Below, piece after piece: positions 18,179-31,780 of a stretch of DNA of 64,000 nt. The position numbers and the translations under genes were made by a program. The stretch is from Macrostomum lignano (lineage: Eukaryota): the NCBI GenBank assembly GCA_002269645.1, contig NIVC01003678.1:1-64000 (forward strand), given 5' to 3'. The first letter of the stretch is position 1; the number at the start of each line of letters is the position of its first letter. Below the pieces are notes generated by a model. It saw only the letters and a list, made by a program, of their open reading frames with translations. It did not search any database and was not told where the DNA came from.

Positions 18179-20099
18179 CATAGAATTCTAGATAACTAAC
18201 TGGAAGCGAAGGCTTTTTTGGGGGGCGGACACAACCGGGCCGAGTGGGAGCCTGCATGTTTTCTGGCTGCCTTATTCAACACTAATGTTTTCACTAATAA
18301 TTGGCTGCTGTTATTAAGAGTAATATTTAATTCTTTAAGTTTATTTTTTTAATTAACAAGTCAGTGCTTATTAAGAGTCACTAAAGGTATTTGTGACATA
18401 TCTTAACAAAACTAATATTTTTGCAAAGCCGCAAAGTAAACACATAGGATCAGTAAAAAATCATAGTATGAACATAAATTAGCTGCTTAATCTAATCTAT
18501 GAAGAAGATGCATCGCGGTACCATCGCCACTGCATCGCGGTACTTTCCGGCGATCGATTTCACCTGATGCATCGCGGTCAAACTCGACGATTTCGTCGAG
18601 TCTCTTCCTGCCGACCGTCGAACGCGCCCAGCGCCAGCTGGACCAGCTTGTGAGCGTTGCTGCGAGCGTCGGCCTGGGGGTCAACACGCAGAAGACCGTC
18701 GTGCTTCGAATACCGAGACGCTGACAGGCAGGTGTCGAAGCTTCCGCACTGTCAGCAGTTCGTCTGCCTCGGCGGTCTGCAGACCATGGTGCTTGATGTT
18801 CCAGAGGACCTAGCACGTCGCCGTGGACTTGCTTGGGTTGCCTTCCGTTTCGTGAGGGCTGTCCTGCAGTCCGAGGCCCTGCCTGACCGCCAGAGGGCGG
18901 CGTTGTTCAAGGCGGTGATCGAGACCGTCCTGTTGTACAACACCGAGACCTGGACACTGACGGATTCGCTCGAACAGCAGGTCAATGCGGCGCACGCTGG
19001 CCTGTCTTTAAGATCGGCTGCGAGCACGTCAACAATGCGGGCTATATCGCCGCACTGGCCTGTCCCTTCCCAGCAAACTTTTGCGCCGTCCACGACTCCA
19101 GCTGGCCACATCATCCGAGCCGAGTCCTAAAGTCCACAGCCGGTGCAGGAAGTGCTGCTGCTGTCGCTGCAGGCACCCTACCGGCGGGGACAGGCACGCA
19201 GTCTGTGTTTCGTCGACTTCTTGCCGGCTAATGCCGGCGCCCCGGACTCTGCCGGCGGTGCGGCCGGCGGTTCGCGCCCAGGCCCTGAAACGTGCGACGT
19301 TGTCCTTGTCTCTCATGACCATGACTCGCTGGAATGGCTGACAGCGCATTTTGTTGTTGTATGGAGGGCACACCGGCACACCATCATTCCTTATTCAGAG
19401 TGTCGCTGTTTCTCCTGCGCTCACTAAGAATATTGTGACGTTGTGTGAAAATCGGTGGCAATAAAGTGCAACGAGCACAGTTGAGATTCTGTCCTGGGTT
19501 GGTAGTTTACCCTTCGAATTCGTTGCGACCACTCTTCAAATAGTTGAAAATCATGCAAAGGAAGCACATGAGAAAATATTCTGCTTTCTGCTCCTGAAGA
19601 TTGAACCGCTGGATTTTTATTTGTAGTTGCATATCCAGATCCAGACCTGTAGTTGTAAGCTGCGTATTTATAAACAATTCTTTTTCTCTGACTATAGTCT
19701 CTGATATAGCATGCATCATATCGAATCTTTATAAATTTTTCATTTAGGGTGAAGTGGAGAAGGCATCCTCAAAAGCATGCGAGCAAATGTACACCCAATG
19801 TGCATGCGTTCAGCTTTCAAGTGGGGGGCCTGTTACCCCGTGTGCATCACAGACAAAGAAACAGCACTGATTTACCGGGGATCTTCCTTCCCCTCCGAAG
19901 GGTTTTTCTCCTGTCTAGGACAAAAAACTTCCAAGCCTTGTGAAGAGCCTGCCCACCTCAAACCCCGCTTAGTCAGTGGGACTGAGATAGGGAAAGGCAG
20001 GCCGTTTAAACAAGCTAAAATGACTCGGCCCGGTTGTGTCCGCTTTCGACCCACGAAAAAGTGAGCCTTCTCTTCCAGTTAGTTATCTAGAATTCTATG
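18179..20099. mobile_element. Non-autonomous DNA transposon, P-element-like (1921 bp)
   Basis: Perfect 28-bp TIR CATAGAATTCTAGATAACTAACTGGAAG (36 bp with one mismatch). 7-bp TSD CGCCAGG at 18172-18178 and 20100-20106. A second inverted 21-mer GCGGACACAACCGGGCCGAGT lies subterminally. CATAG start plus 7-8 bp TSD fits the P superfamily. No transposase. Confidence 0.8.
18605..19360 (+). mobile_element. Degenerate 5'-truncated RTE-like non-LTR retrotransposon fragment nested in the P-like element
   Basis: Clear similarity to the 3' part of the element at 31781-33287 (AALFKAVIETVLLYNTETWTLTDSLE; VQEVLLLSLQAPYRRGQAR). Frameshifted; ends in TTGTTGTTGT. Confidence 0.85.
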
Positions 20100-21219
20100 C
20101 GCCAGGAGTGAGGGTGTCATGCTGATTTATGGACGGGGGAAAATTGCTTTCCAAAACACGGGGATTCGAATGCATTTTCTGGAGCGGGGGCGGACCGAGC
20201 CATCCGATGGAAAATTGAGATCTCCCAGAGAGGGTTACTGGCTCCATCTTTCCTCAGCTCCAGCTTCTCTTCTATCGATTCCCTGGGCGGGGCAGAGCGG
20301 GGCTAAATTGATATTTATTATATAAATCATATCAAACTTGATCCTAGTGGCTGTTCATCCCTAATGGTGCTGCAATGGATCAGTTTCATAGAATCTCTTA
20401 TGGCTCGCTTTTCTCCCTATTAAAGTTCTGCCTTCGGCCTGAGGAATATAAATATATATGGGCCTGGCGTTCACGGATTGTTGAGAGAAATGTCATTTGA
20501 AGGCCGAAATATTTAAATTTATTTCAAACTTACTTCATGTTTAAGTCTGTGAGTCACAGCCTGCGCTTCTGGGATAATTCTGCTCATACAATATCTCTCT
20601 CTCATCTCTGTGCCTTGGAGGTTGGTCCCCATGGCTGCTAATCAGCATCAAGGCCACAGTCACAGTTTTCATTATTCTTGCACACAAACTAGCTTGTACA
20701 TGATTTGTCCATCTCTCAATTCTTTGCTGAGCAGCTTGAGTCGGCACAGCCTCCCCTATGATCCATGAGCTTGACTCTGGGGCGATGCAAACTGCCTGCA
20801 GATTGAGAGTCTTGACCGGCAATGCATGCATAACCATGAGAGCCGGGAGAGACAGAAGGGGAACTGCAGGACTTAATGGGATTGAGTTGCAGCAGCAACG
20901 GAATGAGATTAGCATTCGTTAGGGGATCGCAGATGGGATGGCGGGCGGCCGCTGTGGTGCGATGGCGGGGGCGGCTGATGGAGCCTTGCCAGATCGATCT
21001 TGTCGGGGACAAATGTCCAGTCACTCACTGCTTCTCAGCTGCTTTTCCCTTACGAGCTGATTCTCTGAGAGATCCGAGTCAAGTTAAAGACCGCGACTCC
21101 AGGGGGACGCGGCTGGGTCTTGTAGCTTTTAGCTTTCCCCTGAAGAATCTAAGGTGAAAGTATCAATAAATTCAATAAATTAAAGCGTTAATCAACTTCA
21201 TTAAAGCTCATATTGGGGA

Positions 21220-21700
21220 GACAGACCATAAACACAATTGGTGAGGCAGACCACAGACACAATTTGAGGCAGACCACAGACACAATCGGTGAGGCAGACC
21301 ACAGACACAATCGGTGAGGCAGACCACAGACACAATCGGTGAGGCAGACCACAGACACAATCGGTGAGGCAGACCACAGACACAATCGGTGAGGCAGACC
21401 ACAGACACAATCGGTGAGGCAGACCACAGACACAATCGGTGAGGCAGACCACAGACACAATTAGTAAGGCAGACCACAGACACAATCGGTGAGGCAGACC
21501 ACAGACACAATCGGTGAGGCAGACCACAGACACAATCGGTGAGGCAGACCACAGACACAATTGATAAGGCAGACCACAAGACACAATTGATAAGGCAGAC
21601 CACAAGACACAATCGGTGAGGCAGACCACAGACACAATTAGTAAGGCAGACCACAAGACACAATGGCTAAGGCAGACCACAGACAAGGGAGGCTTACCAC
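21220..21700. repeat. 25-bp minisatellite (GGTGAGGCAGACCACAGACACAATC)n
   Basis: Period 25. Confidence 0.9.
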
Positions 21701-21744
21701 AAACTCAAGAGAGAAAGACAGAGACAATGGAGGGGGGACCTCAG

Positions 21745-22050
21745 ACACAAGGGGAACAGATCATAGATACAAGGGGAACAGATCATAGACACAAGGGAAA
21801 CAGATCATAGACACAAGGGAAACAGATCATAGACACAAGGGAAACAGATCATAGATACAAGAGGAACAGATCATAGACACAAGGGGAACAGATCATAGAC
21901 ACAACGGAGACCATGCAATTACAGACACAAGACGGATAGACAGATCACAGACACAAGGCAGACAGATCACAGACACAAGGCAGACAGATTACAGACACAA
22001 GACGCGCAGATTACTGACACAAGGAAGGCAGACCTCAGACACAATAGGGA
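21745..22050. repeat. ~22-bp minisatellite (ACAAGGGAAACAGATCATAGAC)n, degenerate
   Basis: Direct reading. Confidence 0.8.
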
Positions 22051-22349
22051 GACAAACTACAGATTAATAAAGTAAGCCAAAGCCAAAAAACCAGTAACGC
22101 CAAACTCACTCTGACATTGAAACAAGCGTTCAGCTCTACTGACAGTAGCATAATTTGAAACATATTTCAAGCGTTGACTAAATGATCGTCTATGGTCGGG
22201 TGGGGTCGGGGGCAGCGGATGATACGAGCTAATGAAAGAAAGAGTGTCATAATATAAGCGAGCAACGACGCTTGTAAACTACCAAAAAATCCTCAGACAA
22301 ACAATTGTTTTAATAACAATAGATACAGCAAGCAAGCAATAAACTTGGC

Positions 22350-23497
22350 ATGGACGAGCAGAAACGGAAGGAGCTGGAGAACAAAGCCATCGATCTGATG
22401 CGCAATGTGGCCCAGCGGAAGAACCTGTTCCAGCTCAGAGAGGGCGACGGGAGGCTGGGCTCCATCGATCGTCTGATGCCGGATTTTTATGCCATATTCA
22501 GCAGCAATTCCAGGCTGGCCTACATGCAGCAATGGAGCACCTTCGAGACCATCATCATTGTTGGTGAGGCCGGCTGACTGCTTGCGTAATCACAGGCGTG
22601 TTTGGGCACTGATTTGTCATTTTCAAAATAGTCTTCGTTTTAAACAAATCAATCTGCCATTTTTAAAACTATTACCAATCTGCCATTTTTCAATATCAAA
22701 CTGCCATTTTTTGAATATCAATCTGCCATTTTTGAATACCAATCTGCCATTGTTCAATATCAAACTGCCATTCTTTGAATATCAATCTGCCATTTTTTAA
22801 ATATCAATCTGCCATTTTTGAATATCAATCTGCCATTTTTGAATATCAATCTTCCATTTTTTCAATATAAATCTGCCATCTTCAATACCAATCTGCTATT
22901 TTAAATAACAATTTGCCATTTTCACTATAGATCTGCCATTTTTAAATAACAATTTGCCATTTTCAACATCAATCTGCCACTTTTCAATACCGATCTGCCA
23001 TTTTTAAGAAATCAATTTGCCATTTTCAACATCAATGTGCCATTTTTTCAAAAATCAATCTACCATTTTAACAAAACAAATTGCCTTTTTCAATTTCCTT
23101 ATTTTTAATCCGCCATTCTCAAAGCCAGCCAAGCCAAAGCACTTCCACCCGCCCGCAGTGCCCATGGCGGTGCTCCTGCTGGCAGCCCTCATCAGCATCA
23201 GCAGCAAGCTCGCCCAGATCGCCCTCGACCTGCTCGTGTCGCTCTCCGTCAGCTGCTCGCACATCTGGCAGCACGGCGTTCACCTGTCGCAGCAGACGGC
23301 ATCCGCCGACAACGACAACAGAAGCGGCAATGGGCGGGAGCTGCCGCCGCCGCTGCGCATGATTCGTTGGCTGGACGACAAAGGCGTCGCCAGTGCCTGG
23401 GACGTCATGCGGCTGCCGCGGCCGGACAACCGGGCTGAGCGGCTGCGCCAGCTGGCCAGCAGCTTGAGGCGGATGCGCGAGGAGCGAAATGCGCTGC
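22350..23497 (+). CDS. Orphan spliced gene, two exons visible, probable membrane protein
   Basis: Exon 22350-22563 (ATG, G|GTGAG donor, phase 1) joins exon 23159-~23497 (CGCAG|TG acceptor) in frame: ...WSTFETIIIVVPMAVLLLAALISISSKL... GC3-rich codons. Likely GTACGT donor at 23498. No family recognised. Confidence 0.65.
22640..23100. repeat. Degenerate ~21-bp intronic repeat (AATATCAATCTGCCATTTTTG)n
   Basis: Repeated ATCTGCCATTTTT core. Confidence 0.8.
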
Positions 23498-23579
23498 GTA
23501 CGTTGCTAGGGGGAATTTGGAAGCAGAAACTGGGGGGGGGGGTGCGGAAGCAGAAATTGGAGGAACGTAAAAGCCGAGA

Positions 23580-24530
23580 ACTGATCACCCTGATCAAACT
23601 GAGAACCCCTGATCAAACTGAGGTCACCCTGATCAAACTGAGATCACCCTGATCAAACTGAGATCACCCTCATCAAACTGAGGTCACCCTGATCAAACTG
23701 AGATCACCCTGATCAAACTGAGATCACCCTCATCAAACTGAGATCACCCTGATCAAACTGAGATCACCCTGATCAAACTGAGAACCCCTGATCAAACTGA
23801 GAACCCCTGATCAAACAGGTCACCCTGATCAAACTGAGATCACCCTGATCAAACTGAGAACCCCTGATCAAACTGAGGTCACCCTGATCAAACTGAGATC
23901 ACCCTCATCAAACTGAGATCACCCTCATCAAACTGAGATCACCCTGATGAAACTGAGATCACCCTGATCAAACTGAGATCACCCTGATCAAACTGAGATC
24001 ACCCTGATCAAACTGAGGTCACCCTGATGAAACTGAGATCACCCTCATCAAACTGAGATCACCCTCATCAAACTGAGATCACCCTGATGAAACTGAGATC
24101 ACCCTGATGAAACTGAGGTCACCCTGATCAAACTGAGACCACCCTGATGAAACTGAGATCACCCTGATCAAACTGAGATCACCCTGATGAAACTGAGAAC
24201 CCCCTCATCAAACTGAGATCACCCTGATGAAACTGAGAACCCCCCTCATCTAACTGAGACCACCCTGATGAAACTGAGATCACCCTCATCAAACTGAGAT
24301 CACCCTCATCAAACTGAGACCACCCTGATGAAACTGAGATCACCCTCATCAAACTGAAATCACAATCATCAAACTGAGACCACCCTGCTCAAACTGAGAT
24401 CACCCTCATCAAACTGAGACCACCCTGATCAAACTGAGATCACCCTGATCAAACTGAGATCACCCTGATCAAACTGAGAACCCCTGATCAAACTGAGAAC
24501 CCCCTGATCAAACTGAGATCACCAGCATCA
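23580..24530. repeat. 20-bp minisatellite (CACCCTGATCAAACTGAGAT)n
   Basis: Period 20, about 47 copies. Confidence 0.95.
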
Positions 24531-25342
24531 AAGCAATCATACGCTGTAAAAACTTCTTCAAATGCTTGCAGAGAAACGCCGCAGCATACTGAAGGAGGGC
24601 CCACCGGATCATCGGTAGCCACAGAGACAGTCCAGATTTACAACTGCGCGTAAATCATTAAGATTAACAACCTTGATTATTAACAGGCAATTTCTAATAT
24701 TTAAAGACAACGCGCAAAACATACTACTTTTAAATTAAGTGAGTAGAAAAGTATGGGAATTATTTGACTTTTTTGCAGTAGTTGAATATATATGTATATT
24801 GAAGTATGAATTTATTTATTATTTATGCAATATATTTACAGAGACACAAAACAGCTGATAACACGATCTTGAGTGTGTGCAATAGGCATATTTACGCTAC
24901 ATAGCTGGGGACACTGGATGAGTAGTATATAAAGGATATTAAAGAATGGCCAGTCTTGTGTTAATAGATGTACAGAACGAAGTTTCAGATTCAACATTTT
25001 AAACAATCATACAGGCAGCATGGACAGGTGAGAGAGTAAAATATTATTAATAATAAAAATAACAATAGGGGTCACTCCGGGTCAAATGTAAAATGAATTA
25101 GGCAACTGTGTAAAAATAGGAGTCAAAATGGTGATAAAGTAAATAATGCTTGATAATAAACTAATTAGGTAATTACATTAATTAAAAAGGACACCAATTG
25201 CAGAGTAATTACGCATAATATATATACACAAACGTAAACAATAGATAAACATATGCCAGGGCTGTTGCCAAAGTACTTGAAATTTTAGCCACAACTCCAT
25301 CCAGCCAACTTGCTGAGAGGAATGCAGTGCAGTGCAGGCACC

Positions 25343-25648
25343 AATAACAATAACAATTGATTTCATCTACCCCAGTTGGGCGATATATGCAACCGACAGC
25401 TCAGCCGCAGCTATTGCGCGGCGCTTCTGAAGGCTGTCTACGGCTGTTCAGTCCAAGGACTGGGGGGTCGCCACACACCATCAATTACCCCAGCTAATGC
25501 TGACACCCATTTTACAGCTGGGTGAACTGAAGCAATGCAGAGTTAAGTGCCTTGCTCAAGGACACAAATTGTTCCGAGTGGGATCGGGAATCGAACCCCC
25601 AACCTTCAAATCGTGAATCCGATGCTCTAGCCACTAGGCTACAGACCC
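25343..25648 (-). mobile_element. tRNA-derived SINE with CORE-like central domain
   Basis: Minus strand reads GGGTCTGTAGCCTAGTGG (A box) ... GGTTCGATTCC (B box, 25587-25597), then TGTGTCCTTGAGCAAGGCACTTAAC...GTAAAATGGG (CORE-type), then a (TTATTG)n tail. The 3' acceptor stem is broken, so this is not a functional tRNA. Confidence 0.8.
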
Positions 25649-26520
25649 TCTATGGGATCAAAGAAGATCCAACAGCACTTCAGTCTGACAACAGTGACGG
25701 AGACCACTCAATTCACCACCATTCAATGGAGCAGATGCGCAAGGAGTTGCGACTGAAATCTCAGCTCATCTGGATGTCCAAACTTGTATGCAACAGACCT
25801 CATACTAATATTAATTAAAGTGCTATTTATCACTGTGCAGTAAGCAAAATAATGATACATCAATTATTAGGCATTCAATGAAACTCCCCAAAAAATGTTA
25901 TCTTGCTGCCAACGAACTGACCGAGAGGACGCGGACGCCTAAGAAGATAGAAAAGATATATAACAGGAGAAATATAACAACAATCAGAGGAATATATACA
26001 ATAGCTAATAGTTAATGAATTGACAAACAAACTAGGTAATCGCGTACTTCCCCCTTCAATAGCTTGCAAAGATGCCAAGGTCAATAACAATAAATCACAC
26101 TTCATTAACGCCAAGCAGAGCCTCTAGCGGCATCTGAAGCAAAATAGCGACTCTCCTGTGCAAAAGCAACCAGCGATTCAGATGTTACATGAATAAAAAC
26201 AGCAAGTAAGAGTAAAAAAAGATGGCTACAAACAAACACGAGAGACAGATATTAATGACAAAATCTCCCTTTGACAGGGGGGGGGGGAGTTGGAGCGGCA
26301 GAAACAAGGGGGAGAGGGAGGAGACAGGTCAATGCAGGGAGCAGCTGCCGATCAAAACAGTTACAAAAAAACGGTAAAGTAATGCAATATTACGTCCTTA
26401 TAACAGTCTCCAGGGCGGGTAAGCGCGCTGAGTGAGTGAATGAGTCAGTATAATATGTGCTGCTGACTTTTCAAGACAATATCATGCAAAAACTAGTTAA
26501 AGCAGCAGATATAGAATAGC

Positions 26521-29500
26521 TTATACTTCCGCGTCAGCATCCTTGGGCCAGGTGATGTCGAGATTGTCAGACTCCGGATGCAGAGTGTAGAATCCAACCA
26601 TGTCGGCGGCGGCAGCGGCGGCGGTCAAGGCGGATTTGCGCGAACTGGACGCCACGGCTCCCGTCGCGGCGGGGGGGCTGGCGGAGGCGGCAGCCCCTGC
26701 AGCGGCACCGGCGGATGTAGCAGCGGTTCCGCCGCGACCGTGATGCCGGCAGTAGGTGTGGTCGGCGTAGGGCAGAGCGTAGGGCACGGGAGTGTCGGAC
26801 CAGAGGCTGGCGGAGGTGGCTGCGGCCGGCTGCCTGGCAGCCCGGCCCGGCCCGGACGGCCGGACGGCGGCGGCTTTGCGACGTCGGCGACGACCTGCGG
26901 CGTTGAGCGCTAAGTCGAGCGTTACGCACTGGCGCATGCGGCAGCGCTGCCGCTCCAGCAGGCGATTCCTGCCGCCGTATTTCGGCATGTCCAAACAGAA
27001 GTCGCAGCGGCCGCAGTCGCTGACCCGAAGGCAGGGCGCGCACCGGCCGCAGCGTCTGGCAGCTGGGCCGTCGCCAGCGCCGCCAACGCCCAACCCATCG
27101 TCAATGTCGTCATCGTCCAAATCCGAGTCGTCGGAGTCGTCGTCGTCGTCGGAGATGCCGCGCCGATGATCGTCGTCGGTCTCGGTGGACGAAGCGGCCG
27201 AGGAGCGGCTGCGGCGCTCGGCGGGCAGCAGAAGGTCCTCCGCCTGCGGCAGCCCGAAATCGTCTTCGTCCTCATCCTCATTGGCATTGGGCACCAGCGC
27301 TGGCATCGACGGCTGTTGCTGCTTCCGTGAGTTTTTTGTTGCCTGCTGTTGTTGTTGCTGCTGCTTGCCGGCACTGGCGGCCCGGCGGCCGCGCTTCTTG
27401 GGCTCACCAGCCGGAGCGGCGGCGTTAGAAGCGGCAGCAACTGCAGCGGCCTGTTTAGAAGTTGAATCGGTGGTCGCCGCCGATTTTCTCTTTCTTCCTC
27501 TGGCTGGCGGAGTCGGCGCCGATGCCGCTGCTGCCGCCTCGGATGCCCGCTTGCGCTTGGCTGCTGGCTGGCCGCTGTGATTAGCGCCGGATTTTGAAGC
27601 CTTCGCAGAACTGGCCGCAGCGGTTTTCTTGTCCTCGGAGCCGGCCTGCTGGGACTGGCCGCGCTTCCGGGAGGCTGAGCCAGTCTGAGCGACGGCAACC
27701 GGCGCCCGGCCTTTCTTATACTGAATAGCCAAGCCCGGATGCTTTTTCAAGCACTTTGAACAATAGAACTTGTTAATAGCGGCCGCGTCCTTCGAGCTGA
27801 CCCCGATGCAGTCGCCGTGGTACCACTCCTCACATTTGTCGCAGGCGATCATAAATCTGTCAATGTCGGTAGATCGGCACACGCACCAGGCCTGCAGGTC
27901 GCTAGAGGCTGAGGAGGCCGACTTCTTTTTTGAAGCGGCTGTACCGCCGCCGCCGCTCTGTTGCCGCTGCTTGCTGGCAGCGCCGCGTTTCTAAGAAAAG
28001 GGAGAAGCGAAGGACATTATGAAGCTGTAGAGTTGAGGAGATATCTAATGAGACAATTGAGCCACTATTTGCATAGTTTACCTAAAAACTTTATTAGAAT
28101 TGTCCATTAAAAACAATCAAGAAGTGTTTTGATTGTTACAGAACATAACTATTAGACCAAAGAAAAATTATTACTTAAGGAAAAAAGGACAATCAATTAA
28201 GGATTTGTTTATCTTTTAACTAAGTTGCATAGCTGGTGTTATTTAACAGGTTGTGCACATGTAATGACCTAGTAATAATTCACAACCATAGGTTATTGTG
28301 ATGCAATGCCAGAACCAGTATTATCCAATAAAAAGCAGGCCTATAAGAACATTAATAATACAACTGTACTTTTTACTGTACAGAGACTAATAAGATTTTA
28401 AAGTTACTTTTTGTGTTTTTATTGCATTTGATAACTGTTATGTGCCTAAGTAAAAAGACACTCCTACTTTTGAATATTGGTAAATATAATTTATTGATAC
28501 AAAAGGGTCTAATACAACTAAAATAGCCAAAACCTTTACAACAAAACAATAATAGCAAGTCCTAATTCTAGAACAGTGTTCCCACTCAGCAACCTTCATT
28601 TTTTTGTGCCAAGCCATTCATTTTTGCGCCATGGATATTTTTTGCACCACTATCACTCTTTACCTCTAAGGCTATAATGTAGTATGATGCCCATTGAGAC
28701 ATTAAAAACACTCAAATACCTAATATTCATGCATCTCAATCATAAATCATCCAATTTTTGATGAGATAAAACACTACAACTTGGCAAAAAATGGGTCAAA
28801 AAATGGCAACAACAGCATGGGCATCAGACTATTAATTTCTCTAAATCAAAATTGCAATTATAAAACATATTAGTTTCTAAAAAAGCATCCAAAAATGCGG
28901 AAAGGGTTACAATTTAGGCACAAATTTTCCACATTTTTAGATTTGCATTGAACTTTATTAATTATGCATTCACGCCATATTGCCTCATTTTCAGGCATGG
29001 TACAAATTTGTGCCAAAGTGGGAACACTGCTCTAGAATACATAAGAAAGGCTATAAAAATAGATTTGTAATTATAATTAAGCATATTAAAGGTTGGTACT
29101 TGACTAGGGGTAACAAAAACTAATCTTATTAAAGACTAATAATTTAGTAGGATTTTTAAAGTTATTTTTAAGTATTTTTTCTATTTTATTTGATTTTAGT
29201 GGCTGTGGAGGCAATAAAGCTAACCTAAAAAGTAAAAAAAGATTTTGCAAAAGTTTTAAGCATATATATTATCAAAGACTGGTTAAAAATTAAAAAATTA
29301 TATCGACTTTACATTCCAGTATCAGGAATATATGCTTATATACCACTGTACACTAAAATAAAATTTCCCTTCCTACGACCTAGCTTCTATATGCAAATGG
29401 ACTTAAGCAAATTTAGCAAAAATCTTGTCAAATTAGGAAATAGAATAATTCAATCTAATCTATAGCTTATTAATTCTTTTGGTACAATGGCACTTATATG

Positions 29501-31106
29501 ACAATGCATATATATATTAAATTTCCTTTTCAATCAAGTTTGTTTTATGTATTATTTATCCAGTACTTTTTAAATATGCTTTAGTTTCTTAGATATGTTT
29601 GTTTCATTCTTAACGATGCATGATGTCTATTTTAATCAAACATTTTTCTATCAAATGTCATGTAAGAGTTTAGTAGCTAGAGTCTTAAGGCATCTCTTTG
29701 CCATAGAAATCTAAATGTATCAATTGATAGTACTTCTATTCTGATTTACATTTTTTGCAACAGAAATACACTCATGCCCACCTTATACTTAAGTTTAAGT
29801 CATGTGTTACACTATTAACAAAGGGAATAGGGGTTGGTCTAATAGAAAGCTTATATTTAAAGCCTTGGTTATAATCAATAAATCTGACTTAAAAGCCTTG
29901 TTGCTGAATTTGCTAGATTGTTGCCGAATTTACTTTCAACAAATTTGTTGTATTAAAATTGTTAAAATGTTTAATTTGTTGAGTATATCAAATTTCTATT
30001 GCCAAATTTGTTTATTACCAAATTTGCATATATCTATAATAAGGTTATTAGCATCTTAAATTTTTAGGTTTTATTGAAGTTTATATTGCTAAAAATTATT
30101 GTAGTTTATTTAATTCTAAGTTCTTCAAGTATTAATTCAATGCAATTTATTTAGAAAAATATTACTTCTATACCATTTATTTAAATCTAGGTTATTTTTA
30201 CATTTTTGATAGTCATCTTAGGTTTAAGGTTTAGCCTTCTAAACCTAATAATTTTAAATTTAGAGGTTATGCTTTTCAAAATAATTATGTTTTAGTATCA
30301 CAATTGATAGTTTTAAAAAGCCACAATGTCATAGACTCATCGCCATAGAACATGGATACCACACTTTGGATCATGTAATATACACAAAAAAATTGGACAT
30401 GTATTGGCCTTGCATGCCAAAAGTAGTTGTGCACCATTGGTGTGCATCACTCCTAAGAAAATAGTATGCGTGCACACCTAGCATATGGACTTAATAAAAT
30501 CATGCAAAAGAGCTATTGTGAAGTAGAAAAAAGATGATAACAAAATAGCTAAACAAATATTTGCATGTATTGAATTTCCACTGTAAATACTATCTCCAAA
30601 TAAGCATAAAAAATCTAAATATTTGCCAAAAAGGGTTTATTATGCAACTTAAAAAAAGTCTTTTATTGTCACAATGTCAAAGTCATTAATTGTTGCAACA
30701 CTGACATAGTTTTGAGAATGGGCGTGCACTCAATTTTTTTGGCATGCATTTGTAGTTATTGAATTTTTGTTTGGGCGTGCACCCAGCATGATCCGGACTA
30801 TGGCATAGATAGGCCCTATGATTAAAAATAGAAAAATTAAGTTTGAGCGAAGTGGGAGTCAGAAAATCGCATAGCAATTATATTTGCTACACAGAAATAT
30901 ACAAAATGACAGGAGACAAAATAAAAAGTGCTTACAGGTTTAACATGGTTTGCAATAATTAAATTCTCGGACGGATCCTCTTTCTTAGTGGACTTTTTAC
31001 TCGCTTTTGTGTTGTCCTGATTCTTTGCTCGAGTTGGTACTGTATTGTCCTTGGCATTTTTAGTTGGACTTCTAGATTTATTGTTTCGAGAGCTTGATCG
31101 AGTCAT
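26521..31106 (-). CDS. CXXC1: PHD-finger + CXXC zinc-finger protein, CFP1/CXXC1-like (C-terminal part not seen)
   Basis: Large exon 27990-26527 (TTTTCTTAG acceptor, phase 0) encodes a C4HC3 PHD (WCVC...CDKCEEWYHGDC...FYCSKC) and a CXXC finger (CGRCAPC..DCGRCDFCLDMPKYGG...RCRMRQC). Probable first exon 31106-30936 (ATG, CCT|GTAAG, phase 0). The exon ends either at a GTATAA donor (26526) or at a stop (26521). Confidence 0.8.
28574..29029. mobile_element. hAT (Buster/Charlie-type) MITE, 456 bp, in CXXC1-like intron
   Basis: 13-bp TIR CAGTGTTCCCACT. 8-bp TSD TTCTAGAA/CTCTAGAA (7/8) with central TA, typical of Buster-type hATs. Confidence 0.8.
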
Positions 31107-31780
31107 TTTTACTTGATAATAATAAAAAACTGATAAAACATACCTAAAAGTAAAAGTATCACTTAAGATTTGTATAATACATCTGTAACAGCATTGTGCA
31201 GAAACAGAAACGGTAGAGTAAATTCTAACAATTACAAGTTTTGAATAAAAACACCTGCATTGGTTAGAAGACGTTGATATTTTTTAAAGTCGTTATTTAC
31301 GATTACTTTAACGTTCTTTGCTTGATCAAAATAATATTAGAGCAAAGCTAAAAATAAGAACAATAAAGGTCTTTAAAAATTCAAAATTCAGATTGCAAAA
31401 AGGAGACCTTTTTATAATATCAGAATATATCACCAATATGCTCTTACAAGCACAGGTACATGCATGCGTTTTCCGGCAGTGAAGCACAGATGCATGCATA
31501 AAGTCTAATTTTTGAACGGTCCTGCGTCCCTAAGGATTATGGCAACCGTGAACGAGTTAGGTAGTGACTTCAATTTTTTTCGACCAGCTGTTGCCTCTTA
31601 TTGCATCGATGTAAAGCCGACGTATAACGTTTTTAATTGTCGGAAAATGAAAAAATACTTGCTTTTAATTGGCCATTCAGCAAAATTAACATTAATATAT
31701 ATTACGCTGAATGCGTCGCCTGACGTCGGATTTCTTTACGGGGTGCTTCAATTCTGTACCATACAGGCATTCACATATAT

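Noticed and set aside
25570-25648. Functional tRNA-Val gene
   Set aside because: The acceptor stem and 3' end are not tRNA-like, and the sequence continues into a SINE body.
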